NCBI GenBank assembly: GCA_965223345.1
Contig: CBDCWG010000012.1
Location: 768,001 to 832,000, forward strand
Source: Nitrospinales bacterium
GTDB taxonomy: Bacteria; Nitrospinota; Nitrospinia; Nitrospinales; VA-1
DNA: 64,000 bases
Reading direction: 5' to 3'
Shown here one piece after another: positions 10,628 to 22,909 of this stretch (positions are counted from its first letter, which is position 1; every line of letters begins with the position of its first letter). The position numbers and the translations under genes are program-made. Below the pieces are notes generated by a model. The model made no database searches. It saw nothing but the letters and a program-made list of their open reading frames with translations, and was not told the origin of the DNA.

Positions 10628-10984
10628 TCAGTTGAGCTGTGCCTGGGCGGTTTTGGTCAGCGCGCGAAACGATTCCTGGTTGTGGATGGCGAGGTCGGAG
10701 AGGACCTTGCGGTCCAGGTCGATCTTGGCGAGCTTGAGCCCGTGCATGAACTTGCTGTAGGTCAGCCCTTCCGCACGAACGGCGGCGTTGATGCGGGCGA
10801 TCCAGAGACGCCTGAAATCGCGTTTCCGGGCTTTGCGGTCCCGATAGGCGTAGGTCAATCCTTTCTCGACCGATTCACGGGCTTTGCGGAAGGCCCTGGA
10901 GCGGACACTCCGGTAGCCGGAAGCCTGCTTGAGGATCTTTTTTCTTCTCCGCCTTGAAACGGTTCCATTCACTGCGCGCGGCAT
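10628..10984 (-). CDS. rplT: 50S ribosomal protein L20
   Basis: YAYRDRKARKRDFRRLWIARINAA. Confidence 0.98.
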   Translation of the reverse strand: MPRAVNGTVSRRRRKKILKQASGYRSVRSRAFRKARESVEKGLTYAYRDRKARKRDFRRLWIARINAAVRAEGLTYSKFMHGLKLAKIDLDRKVLSDLAIHNQESFRALTKTAQAQLN

Positions 10985-11019
10985 GGACTCACTCCTCTAG
11001 TTACTTTGTTGTATTGCGG

Positions 11020-11214
11020 TTATTTGGGCAGCAAAATCCGGATGCGTTTGGCGTCGCCGGGCGCCATGATGACGGATTTTCTCAGATTGCGTTTTCTCTT
11101 CGTCGTCTTGGAAGTCAGGATGTGGCTGGTGAAAGCGCGGTTCATCCGGATTTTCCCGGTCGCGGTCTTGCGAAAGCGTTTGGCCGCGCCCCGGTTCGTT
11201 TTCATTTTCGGCAT
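11020..11214 (-). CDS. rpmI: 50S ribosomal protein L35
   Basis: [14 protein letters not shown]; lies between infC and rplT. Confidence 0.98.
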   Translation of the reverse strand: MPKMKTNRGAAKRFRKTATGKIRMNRAFTSHILTSKTTKRKRNLRKSVIMAPGDAKRIRILLPK

Positions 11215-11255
11215 TTAAGGTCTCTCTTTGATGTGAGCTTTGCTGGATGTTTTTT

Positions 11256-11780
11256 TCAGTTGGTTTTTTTGCTGCCTTTGGGAGCGAGGATCATCATCAA
11301 CGTACGGCCCTCCTGCTTGGGAGCCGATTCGACCACCGCAATGTCCTCGGTGGCCTCGACGACCCTTTTTAAGAGCCTTTCTCCGCCTTCCCGGTGGACG
11401 ATCTCGCGGCCTTTGAAGAAGATCACCACCTTGGCCTTGTCTCCGGCTTCCAAAAACCGCATCACGTGCTTTAACTTGAAGTCGTAATCGTGCTGATCCG
11501 TGTTGGGCCGGAACTTGACTTCCTTGAGATGAACGATCTTCTGGTTTTTCTTCGCTTCGTGCGCCCGTTTGCTCTGACGGTATTTGAATTTGCCGTAGTC
11601 CATGATCCGGCAAACCGGAGGGACGGCCTGCGGGGCCACTTCAACCAGGTCCAGATTTTTTTCCTGAGCAATGCTGATCGCTTCTTCGGTCGGCAAAACT
11701 CCCAACTGTTCCCCGTCATCGCTGATCAAGCTGACTTCCTTGACCCGAATCATTTTATTGACACGCTGCTTCTTGTTAAT
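11256..11780 (-). CDS. infC: Translation initiation factor IF-3, with ATT start codon
   Basis: LDLVEVAP...CRIMDYGKFKY. GGAGG lies 8 nt before an in-frame ATT at 11780, adding INKKQRVNK ahead of the ORF-track start. Confidence 0.95.
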   Translation of the reverse strand: MNKKQRVNKMIRVKEVSLISDDGEQLGVLPTEEAISIAQEKNLDLVEVAPQAVPPVCRIMDYGKFKYRQSKRAHEAKKNQKIVHLKEVKFRPNTDQHDYDFKLKHVMRFLEAGDKAKVVIFFKGREIVHREGGERLLKRVVEATEDIAVVESAPKQEGRTLMMILAPKGSKKTN

Positions 11781-11804
11781 TAACCCTGCCTCCCAAAAAG
11801 TAGG

Positions 11805-13556
11805 TTAAATCGAATCGATGGTTTTTTCCCGGATGTCCTTGTTCAATTCTTCGATAAAATCGCCCAACTGAAGGGTGCGGGTCTCCTTGGACCGCCGCTT
11901 TCGCACTGCGAGCGTCCCGGATTCCACTTCCTTGTCGCCGAGGACGACCATGTAGGGGGTTTTCTGCAACTGGGCCTCCCTGATTTTGAACCCAATCTTC
12001 TCATTTCGCAAGTCTTTTTCTACGCGTATCCCTTGGTCTGAAAGGCTTTGTCGCAATTCTTCCGCATATGCGTGCTGGCTATCGGTGATCGGAAGCAGAA
12101 TCACCTGCACCGGGGCCAGCCACAGGGGAAACGCGCCGGCGTAATGTTCCACCAGGCAGCCAAAAAAACGTTCCAGAGAGCCCATCAGCGCCCGGTGGAG
12201 CATGATCGGCTGCTGGCGTTTGCCGTTTTCCTCAATATAGCTGATGTCGAATCGCTGCGGTAGATTAAAATCCACCTGCACGGTGGAAACCTGCCAATAG
12301 CGGTTCAGGCTGTCCTTGATCTTGATATCGATCTTGGGACCGTAAAACACGCCTTCTCCGGGATCGATTTCATACTCCAGCTGGGTTTTTTCCAGGGTGG
12401 ATTTCAACGCCTCGGTGGCGGTTTCCCAGTCGTTTGCGGAACCGACGGATTTTTCCGGCCGGGTGCTGAGGTACATCTTGTACTCGTGAAACCCGAAGGA
12501 TTTGAGGATGAACAGGATGAACTCCAGCACGCGCACGATTTCCTCTTCGATCTGGCTCGGCCGGCAGAACAGATGCGCGTCGTCCTGGGTGAATCCGCGC
12601 ACGCGCAGCAGGCCGTGCAGGACCCCCGAACGCTCGTACCGGTACACGGTTCCCAATTCGCCGAAGCGGATGGGCAGGTCGCGGTAGCTTCGGAGCTTGT
12701 TCTGGTAGATCTGGATGTGGAACGGGCAGTTCATGGGCTTCATGATGTATTCCCGGCCCTCGATCTCCATGCCGGAGAACATGTTTTCCTTGTAAAAATC
12801 GGTGTGCCCGCTGATGTTCCAGAGATCCACCTTGGCCGAATGCGGGGTGTAGACCAGCTCGTAGCCGTTCTTGAAATGCTCCTCTTTCCAGAAATCCTCG
12901 ATCAGGCTACGGATCCGGGCCCCTTTGGGATGCCAGAGGATGAGCCCCGGCCCCACTTCTTCGGTCACCGAGAACAGGTCGAGTTCCTTGCCCAGTTTGC
13001 GGTGGTCGCGTTTTTTCGCTTCCTCCAGCCGGTTCAGGTATTGGCGCAGCTCTTTGTCGGTGTGCCAGGCGGTGCCGTAGATCCGTTGCAGCACGGGGTT
13101 TCGCTCATCCCCGCGCCAGTAGGCGGAAGAAGTGTGCAAGAGCTTGAACGAGCCGATCGCGTCGGTCGAGTCCACATGCGGGCCGCGGCACAGGTCGGTG
13201 AACTCCCCCTGCGAGTAGACCGAGATGGGATCGTCGGAATCGATGCCTTCGATGATCTCCTGCTTGAAGGCTTCGTTCATGTCCCCGAACAGTTTGAGCG
13301 CGTCTTCGCGTGGGATCTCCTTGCGGGTGATCTTATGCCCCTGCTTGGCGATCTCTTTCATGCGGGCTTCGATTTTTTCCAGATCTTCGGGCACGAAGGG
13401 AGTCTCGCGGAAAAAATCGTAATAGAACCCGTCCTCGATCACCGGGCCGATGGTGACCTGGGTTTCCGGAAACAGCTGCTTGACCGCCTGCGCCATGAGG
13501 TGCGCGGCGCTGTGCCTCAGGGTTTCCAGATCGTATTTTTTAGCACCTTTGCTCAT
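11805..13556 (-). CDS. thrS: Threonine-tRNA ligase (no N-terminal TGS domain)
   Basis: LRHSAAHLMA, DLCRGPH, RDHRKLG, KPMNCP, FYGPKID. Start set at ATG 13556 because the longer ORF runs into tRNA-Val. Confidence 0.95.
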   Translation of the reverse strand: MSKGAKKYDLETLRHSAAHLMAQAVKQLFPETQVTIGPVIEDGFYYDFFRETPFVPEDLEKIEARMKEIAKQGHKITRKEIPREDALKLFGDMNEAFKQEIIEGIDSDDPISVYSQGEFTDLCRGPHVDSTDAIGSFKLLHTSSAYWRGDERNPVLQRIYGTAWHTDKELRQYLNRLEEAKKRDHRKLGKELDLFSVTEEVGPGLILWHPKGARIRSLIEDFWKEEHFKNGYELVYTPHSAKVDLWNISGHTDFYKENMFSGMEIEGREYIMKPMNCPFHIQIYQNKLRSYRDLPIRFGELGTVYRYERSGVLHGLLRVRGFTQDDAHLFCRPSQIEEEIVRVLEFILFILKSFGFHEYKMYLSTRPEKSVGSANDWETATEALKSTLEKTQLEYEIDPGEGVFYGPKIDIKIKDSLNRYWQVSTVQVDFNLPQRFDISYIEENGKRQQPIMLHRALMGSLERFFGCLVEHYAGAFPLWLAPVQVILLPITDSQHAYAEELRQSLSDQGIRVEKDLRNEKIGFKIREAQLQKTPYMVVLGDKEVESGTLAVRKRRSKETRTLQLGDFIEELNKDIREKTIDSI

Positions 13557-13685
13557 CGGACGGACCGGTGTGGTGTTGCAATCGAAAGTGACCGTTCCCT
13601 GCAACCGGGATCGGTCTGGACAACGGGGTTCGCGCAAGATCGCCCGATCACCCGGGGGGTGTTCGGGGAAAAGAGGGAACCGCAG

Positions 13686-13721
13686 GAAAAGGCGCTTTCC
13701 CGGCTGAGAAAGCGCCTTTTC
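13686..13721 (-). terminator. Strong hairpin downstream of tRNA-Val (terminator or processing site)
   Basis: Perfect 14-bp inverted repeat GAAAAGGCGCTTTC / GAAAGCGCCTTTTC with an 8-nt loop. Confidence 0.7.
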
Positions 13722-13762
13722 ATTCCTTGCGACATCCTTCGCGAGGATTTGAAGCAAATCTA

Positions 13763-13834
13763 TAGGCACGGGCGGTTTCGAACCGCCGACCCCTTGCATG
13801 TCAAGCAAGTACTCTACCCCTGAGCTACGTGCCT
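13763..13834 (-). tRNA. tRNA-Val(GAC)
   Basis: AGGCACGTAGCTCAGGGGTAGAGTACTTGCTT-GAC-ATGCAAGGGGTCGGCGGTTCGAAACCGCCCGTGCCTA forms a full cloverleaf; CCA not encoded. Confidence 0.97.
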
Positions 13835-13854
13835 GATTTGATTCAGATGGCTGT

Positions 13855-13882
13855 ATTGTATGTTTTAACGCGCATTTGTCAA
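13855..13882 (-). promoter_or_regulatory. Sigma70-type promoter for tRNA-Val/thrS
   Basis: TTGACA-N16-TACAAT on the minus strand, about 20 nt upstream of the tRNA. Confidence 0.75.
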
Positions 13883-13956
13883 GACGAAGCGCAAAACACA
13901 GGCTGGCTGCGAAATGCCGCCGTGCCCGACAAGTGCGCCGCTCCGTTTCAGGCCAT

Positions 13957-16571
<2,615 letters not shown>

Positions 16572-16586
16572 GGTTTTTTCAGCGCA

Positions 16587-17387
16587 TCAAATGTCGATCA
16601 ACCCCTCCAGCGGACTGCTGGCCGAGGCGTACAGTTTTCTCGGGATGCGCCCGGCCTCGTAGGCCAGCCGGCCGCATTGTACAGCCTGTTTCATGGCGAC
16701 GGCCATCTTCAGCGGGTCCTTGGCGCCGGCGATGGCGGTGTTCATCAGCAATCCGTCCACACCCAGTTCCATGGCGCGCGCCGCATCGGAAGCGGTGCCC
16801 ACACCGGCGTCGATGATGACGGGAATGTCCACGGCTTCCAGAATCAGTTTGATGTTGTAAGGATTGCGGATGCCCAGTCCGGAACCGATCGGCGCCGCCA
16901 GCGGCATCACGGCGGAGCAACCCATGTCCGCGAGCTTCTTGCACAGGACCACGTCGTCCGAGCAATAGGGCAGGACCTGGAACCCGTCCTGGATCAACAG
17001 CCGCGATGCTTCCAGGGTGGCTTCGTTGTCCGGGAACAGGGTTTTCTCGTCGCCGATCACCTCCACCTTCACGAAATTGCCCAGGCCGGCTTCGCGCGCC
17101 AGCTGGCAGGTCATGACCGCTTCTTTCACGTTGTAGCAGCCCGCCGTGTTGGGCAGGAAGGTGTACTTTTTCGGGTCGAGAAAATTGAGCAGGGAATCCT
17201 TGGACTGGTCCAGCTCGATTCGGCGCACGGCCACGGTCACCACTTCCGCACCGGAAAGCTCGATGGCCTCGCGGGTCTGCTCGAAGGAATCGTATTTGCC
17301 GGTGCCGACGATCAGCCGGGATTTCAGGGTTTTATCGCCAATCTGGAGCAACGAGGGTTCGCTGCCGGTTGCCACTGCATTTTCCAT
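16587..17387 (-). CDS. thiG: Thiazole synthase
   Basis: [34 protein letters not shown]; start at MENAV (17387). Confidence 0.97.
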   Translation of the reverse strand: MENAVATGSEPSLLQIGDKTLKSRLIVGTGKYDSFEQTREAIELSGAEVVTVAVRRIELDQSKDSLLNFLDPKKYTFLPNTAGCYNVKEAVMTCQLAREAGLGNFVKVEVIGDEKTLFPDNEATLEASRLLIQDGFQVLPYCSDDVVLCKKLADMGCSAVMPLAAPIGSGLGIRNPYNIKLILEAVDIPVIIDAGVGTASDAARAMELGVDGLLMNTAIAGAKDPLKMAVAMKQAVQCGRLAYEAGRIPRKLYASASSPLEGLIDI

Positions 17388-17421
17388 GGGAAATCCTCTT
17401 TCTTTCCTTATAGGGTACGGT

Positions 17422-17625
17422 TCAAACGCCGCCCCCGACGGCATGCACGATCTCAACCGTGTCTCCATCCTTGATGGGAGTGCTCGGGTATTGAGACTTG
17501 GGAATCACCTGATGGTTGAGCGCCACCGCGAAATGCGGGACGCTGATCTTGAGTTCCTGCACCAGCTCGATGAGCGTGGCGCTGGAATGAATCTCCTTTT
17601 CCTGTCCGTTGATCGTGAGCCGCAT
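17422..17625 (-). CDS. thiS: Sulfur carrier protein ThiS
   Basis: MRLTING...[15 protein letters not shown]; ubiquitin-like, with one residue after the Gly run. Confidence 0.93.
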   Translation of the reverse strand: MRLTINGQEKEIHSSATLIELVQELKISVPHFAVALNHQVIPKSQYPSTPIKDGDTVEIVHAVGGGV

Positions 17626-17821
17626 AGGGTTTGGTTGCAGGGAGTTTTTAGTACAAGAGAAAACACCCGAATAAGATGAACAAGAGGGCCGCTGCCAACG
17701 TTGCGGTACGCAATTCCATTCAGAACATGGGTGCGTCATTCGCTAAGGAAATCGTGGGCGCCGCCCTGTCTCGACCGGGGAGGGTTGAAAAGCCAAGGTG
17801 TGCTATCCGGCAGGCTGAAAC

Positions 17822-17852
17822 AAAAAAGGCCGCAACCTGCTAGATTGCAGCC
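17822..17852 (-). terminator. Intrinsic terminator, expression platform of the TPP riboswitch
   Basis: GGCTGCAATCT-AGC-AGGTTGCGGCC followed by T6 on the minus strand. Confidence 0.8.
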
Positions 17853-17885
17853 AAAGAAGCACAAGCTCATCGATGAAAGATCGCT

Positions 17886-17968
17886 TCACTTCCCTTCGCT
17901 GGTATAATCCAGATCAGGTTCAAAGGGTCATCCTTGCGGAAGTCTCAGTTGATCAACACCCCTAGTGA
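17886..17968 (-). ncRNA. TPP riboswitch (THI box)
   Basis: Minus strand TCACTAGGGGTG...CTGAGA...ACCCTTTGAACCTGATCTGGATTATACCAGCGAAGGGAAGTGA matches the TPP aptamer consensus; upstream of thiSGEC. Confidence 0.96.
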
Positions 17969-18046
17969 GGCGTATAGCATCCGGTACTTTTTGCCCCAAG
18001 TCAAGAACTATTGACGTGTGCTTGAAAAAGAGGGATACTGGTTATT

Positions 18047-19435
18047 ATGACTATGAAAAAATTACATTTATGCTTGTTTTCGCTGTTGATTTTTTCCCTC
18101 TCCGGGCTGGCGGGCTGCACCGGCGGGTCGGTGCGCGACCAGTTTGAAAAACCCTACTTCGAATACCCTCCGGACCAGATTTCCAGCGCCGATAAGGATC
18201 TCTTCGAGCGCGCCCTTTTCCGGCAGAAAAACAACCGCATACAGGCGGCGATCAAGGTCTGGAATCAGTTTCTCAGCCGGCATCCCCGTTCCTTCGAGGC
18301 GCACAACAATCTGGGACTGGTGTATTACGAGGACGATCAGCTCGATCCCGCGATCGCGGAATTCGAGACCGCCCGCTCTTTAGAGCCCAGCGACGAGAAG
18401 ATCAAAAAGAACCTCATCCGCGCGTTGAAATTCAAGTCCACGCTGATCCGGGAAAGCAAAGACTACAACGGTGCGGTCAGCTACCTGCGGAGAGCCCAGG
18501 AACATTCCGGTCCGCGCGAGAAGGAAAGGATCGGATTTCTGATCGAGGAACTGGAAGACCGGGTGTACGAACAGGTCAAAAACACCAACACGCTGGAAGC
18601 CTATCAGGATTTTCTGGACAAGTATCCCGACAGTCCGAAAAACTCCGACGACGCCCGCCGCCGGATCGAGGGCCTGAAGCCGAAGGAAAACGCGGTGTCC
18701 CCGGTTGAAAGCCTGGAGAAGCGCAGCGAAGTGCAGGAGTTGATCCCCGCTTCGGTTCGCGGCGGCATCGAAGAAGAGCCCGTCCTCGAACAGGCCAGTG
18801 CGGTGCAAACGCTCCCGCCTGCAGAAGCCATGATGGAGCCGGAAGCGGCGATGGAACCGGACGCCATGCCGATCGACGCCATGACCTCTGAGGGATCGGA
18901 GTCTTTGAACGAGGTGGACGCCATGAGCCGCGATGCGCTGGCGGAATCGGAAGCCGCGTTCGGCAAAGCCGAGCCTGCGATGATGAAAGCCATGACGAAG
19001 GAAACTTCCGTCATGGAGGACACACAGGCGATGAACGCGCCCCTCAACGAGCAAGCCGGGAGCCTTCCGGCTGCCAGTGAGAGAGCCTTCCCCGAAAAAC
19101 CGGCCGAGGTGGCGCGCGGTCCCGAGCAGTACGTCGAGTTCGGAACGCAGCCTGTGCCCAAACCCTCGACCGGCACGCGCATTCTCAGCACCCCGCAATC
19201 CGATCCCCAGGAATTCGCGGAATTTGCAGTATCCGCGCAGCAGGTCCGGGTGATTACTCGCAACGATCCTTTGCGGGTCCGGGAAGCGCCTTTTTTGAAA
19301 TCCCGCGTCATCACCACGCTTGAGAAGGGAGCCCTGATCCCGCTGATCAAAGAGGTGGGAGGCTGGTACAAAGTCGAATTCACCCAGGGCAAAGCCGGCT
19401 GGATCTCGAAAAAATTCGCCGAAGTCGTGAAGTGA
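18047..19435 (+). CDS. Lipoprotein with TPR repeats, low-complexity linker and C-terminal bacterial SH3 domain
   Basis: Lipobox LAGC; TPR EAHNNLGLVYY; SH3b LRVREAP...GWYKV...GWIS. Confidence 0.85.
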   Translation: MTMKKLHLCLFSLLIFSLSGLAGCTGGSVRDQFEKPYFEYPPDQISSADKDLFERALFRQKNNRIQAAIKVWNQFLSRHPRSFEAHNNLGLVYYEDDQLDPAIAEFETARSLEPSDEKIKKNLIRALKFKSTLIRESKDYNGAVSYLRRAQEHSGPREKERIGFLIEELEDRVYEQVKNTNTLEAYQDFLDKYPDSPKNSDDARRRIEGLKPKENAVSPVESLEKRSEVQELIPASVRGGIEEEPVLEQASAVQTLPPAEAMMEPEAAMEPDAMPIDAMTSEGSESLNEVDAMSRDALAESEAAFGKAEPAMMKAMTKETSVMEDTQAMNAPLNEQAGSLPAASERAFPEKPAEVARGPEQYVEFGTQPVPKPSTGTRILSTPQSDPQEFAEFAVSAQQVRVITRNDPLRVREAPFLKSRVITTLEKGALIPLIKEVGGWYKVEFTQGKAGWISKKFAEVVK

Positions 19436-19618
19436 CCGTTCCGCTCGGGACATACAGTCCCCACCCCGCAACGCTCTTTCCTGCGTAAAAAATCCGTTCG
19501 CACATTCTGCCGGCCAGACTTATGGCTTGAGTCGAGCCGGATCTGATACTATAATTTTGTTCAGTTCCGCGCCGACATTTTTCAACCCTGAAACTTTTCC
19601 AAGGAAAAACAAACGACC

Positions 19619-20590
19619 ATGACGGAAACCATTGTCAAAGATGAGTTGGATGAACTGATCGACAAAGAGTGGCACTATCTGGAATCGCAAAAGGGCGAAT
19701 GGAGCCTTCTGGAAGGCGAGCAGGACCTGGAAGTGACGGAGCATGTCCTGCGATGCATCCTGCATGTGGGCGACACGGAACAACGTGGGCAGGATTTCAA
19801 GGAATGCGTCAAGGTGCAGAACCCGGACGGGGGCTGGTCCAAGCGATCGCACACGGACAAGACTTCGATGTGGATCACCACCTTCGTGGCGTTGAAACTG
19901 TGCCGCGGCAACATGGTATTGCAGGATCCCGCCATCGCACAGGCGATCGACAGGGCGCTCCAGTACGTGTTGTCGGTGCAGGAAGAGGACGGCCACTGGA
20001 GCGATCCCGAGTGGTCGCATCTGGACACCACGTGTTCGGTCACCTGCTTTCTGACGATTTATCAGGTCACCCACGACAAACAGAACGATGAAAGGATCAA
20101 CGCGGCGCGCAAGCGCGGTTTTGAATTCATCAAAAACTGGCAACGGGACACCGGGCTCTGGAAGGACGACACGTTTCATCCTGCGGGCATCGAAACCACC
20201 GCCCACCTGATGCAGTACACGCTGGTTCCCGCTTACTTCATGGACGGAATCGATTACGCTGAAAAACTCTGCATGGACGCCGCGAAATCCCTCACCGACG
20301 AGCAGGCGGCGAACGGTTCCTGGGACAAGGAAAACATGGATCACACCATGGACGCCTGCCGCAACCTCATGCTGGTTTCGGACACGTTCAACCGGAAAGA
20401 GGAATTCGCTCCCATCATCGAAAAGGGCGTGCGCTGGCTGATCGATCAGAAAAACGATCAGGGATGGGGGGATTTCCCCGGCGAGCCCAGCAATGTGGAG
20501 CGGACGGCGGACGGTTTGGACACGCTTCTCAAGTACCGGCGCTTTTGTTCGGGTGAGCCCATGTCGCATTTCTGGGCTTACAGCAAATGA
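19619..20590 (+). CDS. Prenyltransferase/squalene-oxidase repeat protein (single alpha-alpha barrel)
   Basis: QW motifs QNPDGGW, QEEDGHW, QRDTGLW, QAANGSW, QKNDQGW. Confidence 0.8.
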   Translation: MTETIVKDELDELIDKEWHYLESQKGEWSLLEGEQDLEVTEHVLRCILHVGDTEQRGQDFKECVKVQNPDGGWSKRSHTDKTSMWITTFVALKLCRGNMVLQDPAIAQAIDRALQYVLSVQEEDGHWSDPEWSHLDTTCSVTCFLTIYQVTHDKQNDERINAARKRGFEFIKNWQRDTGLWKDDTFHPAGIETTAHLMQYTLVPAYFMDGIDYAEKLCMDAAKSLTDEQAANGSWDKENMDHTMDACRNLMLVSDTFNRKEEFAPIIEKGVRWLIDQKNDQGWGDFPGEPSNVERTADGLDTLLKYRRFCSGEPMSHFWAYSK

Positions 20591-20708
20591 CCTTGTGCCG
20601 CAGATTCCCCGTTTCCCATTGTGAAACCGGCTTGGCAGCCGGGGCTTTCTTCAGCTTCGCTTCACCTTTTTCTGCGGTGCGTTGCGGGTTTGCGGAACAA
20701 CCGAATTC

Positions 20709-21458
20709 ATGCAAGCGGTCATTCTACTAGCCGGGCACGGGTCCCGGCTGAACCGGCAGGATCTTCCCCACAAATCTTTACTTCCCTTCGGCGACGAAAC
20801 CCTGCTGCAACGCCACCTCGTTTCGCTCAAGCAGGCCGGAATCCAAAAAGTCCATCTGGTTCTTGGCCACAACGGCGACCGGGTACGGGAGCATGCGGAG
20901 AGTCTCGGGCTTGCGCTCGATCTCCACTGCATCGACAACCCGGTGTACCTGACGACGGGAAACACCCTTTCCATGGTGATGGGGCTCCGGTTTTGTCCGG
21001 GCGATGCGATCATTCTGGACGGGGACGTCCTGTATCCCAAAAATGTTTTTGTGGAATACGTTCATCAGTCCAAACCCACTTCGTTCGCTTTGATCGCGTC
21101 GGATATCGACAACGCCGAGTCGGCGAAGGTGCTTTTGAAACCCTCCGGCACGATCCACGCCTTCATCACCAAGCGCCACCTGACTGAAACCGAGCGCAAA
21201 GAGTATCGGTTTGGCGGCGAGGCGATCGGGTTTTTCAAATTGTCGCAGGTGGATGTGAAAAAGTTTCTCAAGCTGTACGCCGAGAATGAAGCCGCGTTCG
21301 AGAAGACCCTCTGGGAAATCCCGTTCACCGAATTTGCCAAACAGGTCGATCTGCACCCCTGGAATATCAAGGGGACGGGCTGCTTTGAGATCGACACGCA
21401 GGAAGACTACGACGAGGCTCTGGCGAGCTTCAAGGCGCGTCCCGGCATCTATGGGTGA
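20709..21458 (+). CDS. NTP transferase (LicC/IPCT-like cytidylyltransferase family)
   Basis: MQAVILLAGHGSRL...HKSLL, NPVY..TGN..S, LDGDV, EIDT.ED. Confidence 0.85.
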   Translation: MQAVILLAGHGSRLNRQDLPHKSLLPFGDETLLQRHLVSLKQAGIQKVHLVLGHNGDRVREHAESLGLALDLHCIDNPVYLTTGNTLSMVMGLRFCPGDAIILDGDVLYPKNVFVEYVHQSKPTSFALIASDIDNAESAKVLLKPSGTIHAFITKRHLTETERKEYRFGGEAIGFFKLSQVDVKKFLKLYAENEAAFEKTLWEIPFTEFAKQVDLHPWNIKGTGCFEIDTQEDYDEALASFKARPGIYG

Positions 21459-21483
21459 GGCTGAAGGCGTAGGTTAAAAATTT

Positions 21484-22485
21484 TCAAAACGCGTATTGCA
21501 GCGCCATGATCCAACGCAGATCGGATTCTTTGAATCCGGGAGTGGGGTCGCTCTCGTATTCCCAGATATTGGAAAACTTGAATTCCCAGCCGGCGCCGAT
21601 TGTGGTGATGAGGGCGGCCTCGTTCCGGAAATTGTACTGGCCGAAATCCTCGAAGCTGGGAAAGATCACGAACTGATCGCTGAACGAGAGGTTTTTCAGG
21701 ATCTGGTATTTGAAGTTGGAGGCGAACCGGCCGGTGGCGTACTGCTCGTCCGCACCGGAAACCCTGTCTTCATTGAAGTAGGAAACGCCGGCTTCCAGCG
21801 ACCAGAATTTGATGTCGTCTTCCCAGATCTGGTAACCGACGCCCGGGCCGACGATGGTTCTGAGGTTCAGATCCTTGAACGTGTCGTTCAGCATTTCCAG
21901 GCTTAAAAAAACGTACCATTTAGGGTTGAAGTAGTGGGAAAACTGCATGGACCCGTAGGTGTTGCGGGCGGTCACTTCATCGTCTTCCTCGGCGTAGTTG
22001 AACAGGATTTTAAATTCAAAACGATCGTGTTCTGTTCGCTTGTGCGCATCGGCGGCCAGCGAGCCTGAGAACCGTTCGGTGTTTCCCGTGTCCCACTGCG
22101 CTCCCGCACCCAGATGCCCCTTCCAGCGACTGCGGGGCGGGTTGATGGCCTTGATCTGAGGCCACTCCAGAAACGTCGCGTGTCTTCCCGGGCCGCTTTC
22201 CAATTTCAAGCTGTCGTTCTCGGAAGGCAGCAGCCGGCCTTTGAGGATTTCACCGGAATCGAGGTGGATGACATTGGGCTGGTCGGTGATGATTTTTTCG
22301 ATCTCTGAAATTTTGATTTTCAGTTTTTCAGAGTATTTCGTGGAAAACGTCAACACCCCGTCTTTCGCGCTGACCACCTTGCCGCGTATGCGATCGCCGT
22401 TTTTCAACAGCACCTTGTCCGCAAAGCATTCTCCGGCATAGGCAAACACGATCACCGCAGCAAACACCCAATATTTTAATTTCAT
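21484..22485 (-). CDS. DUF481/YdiY-family outer-membrane beta-barrel protein
   Basis: Signal peptide; DKVLLKNGDRIRG N-terminal domain; GNT, DLNLRTIVGPGVGY; C-terminal YAF. Confidence 0.85.
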   Translation of the reverse strand: MKLKYWVFAAVIVFAYAGECFADKVLLKNGDRIRGKVVSAKDGVLTFSTKYSEKLKIKISEIEKIITDQPNVIHLDSGEILKGRLLPSENDSLKLESGPGRHATFLEWPQIKAINPPRSRWKGHLGAGAQWDTGNTERFSGSLAADAHKRTEHDRFEFKILFNYAEEDDEVTARNTYGSMQFSHYFNPKWYVFLSLEMLNDTFKDLNLRTIVGPGVGYQIWEDDIKFWSLEAGVSYFNEDRVSGADEQYATGRFASNFKYQILKNLSFSDQFVIFPSFEDFGQYNFRNEAALITTIGAGWEFKFSNIWEYESDPTPGFKESDLRWIMALQYAF

Positions 22486-22617
22486 CGATACCTCCCAGAT
22501 GGTTTGATGCCAAAGAAGCAAGGATTTGGATTGCTCAGTCTGGTAAAATCTTTGAACCGGCTGAGGGCAAAGTCCTCATTGTGTGACGCTGTTGAAAACA
22601 GCACGCGCCGTTTTAAA

Positions 22618-22633
22618 AGCAAGTCCTATGCCG
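22618..22633 (-). promoter_or_regulatory. Putative sigma54 (-24/-12) promoter for the DUF481 gene
   Basis: Minus strand CGGCATAGGACTTGCT (GG-N10-GC), about 130 nt upstream of the start, with an AT-rich region upstream. Confidence 0.6.
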
Positions 22634-22909
22634 GGCGTCCGAAAAAAATCGGATAAGAGTTTAATTTGATTGTTTTTAGGGTGAATTGAGAAAAATAAAA
22701 AGAAAATTGCTGTCTATGTGGAAGAAAAAAAACGACCGGAGTCATACTTTTTCAGGTGTCACCATATTGACGATGAGATTGTTGTTCCCATTTTATTTTT
22801 TTTTGCAAAAATTGAAAGTGAAATACTTCACACACATTCATTTTTTCTTTCGTGAGTTGGAAACATCAGCACATTACAACGCTCATTCGTTGAAGTCAGG
22901 AAAATCGTT

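Noticed and set aside
13557..13808. 84-codon N-terminal extension of thrS in the ORF track
   Set aside because: Overlaps tRNA-Val and a hairpin and does not resemble a TGS domain.
19619..20590. Squalene-hopene cyclase call
   Set aside because: About half the expected length and no DxDD motif.
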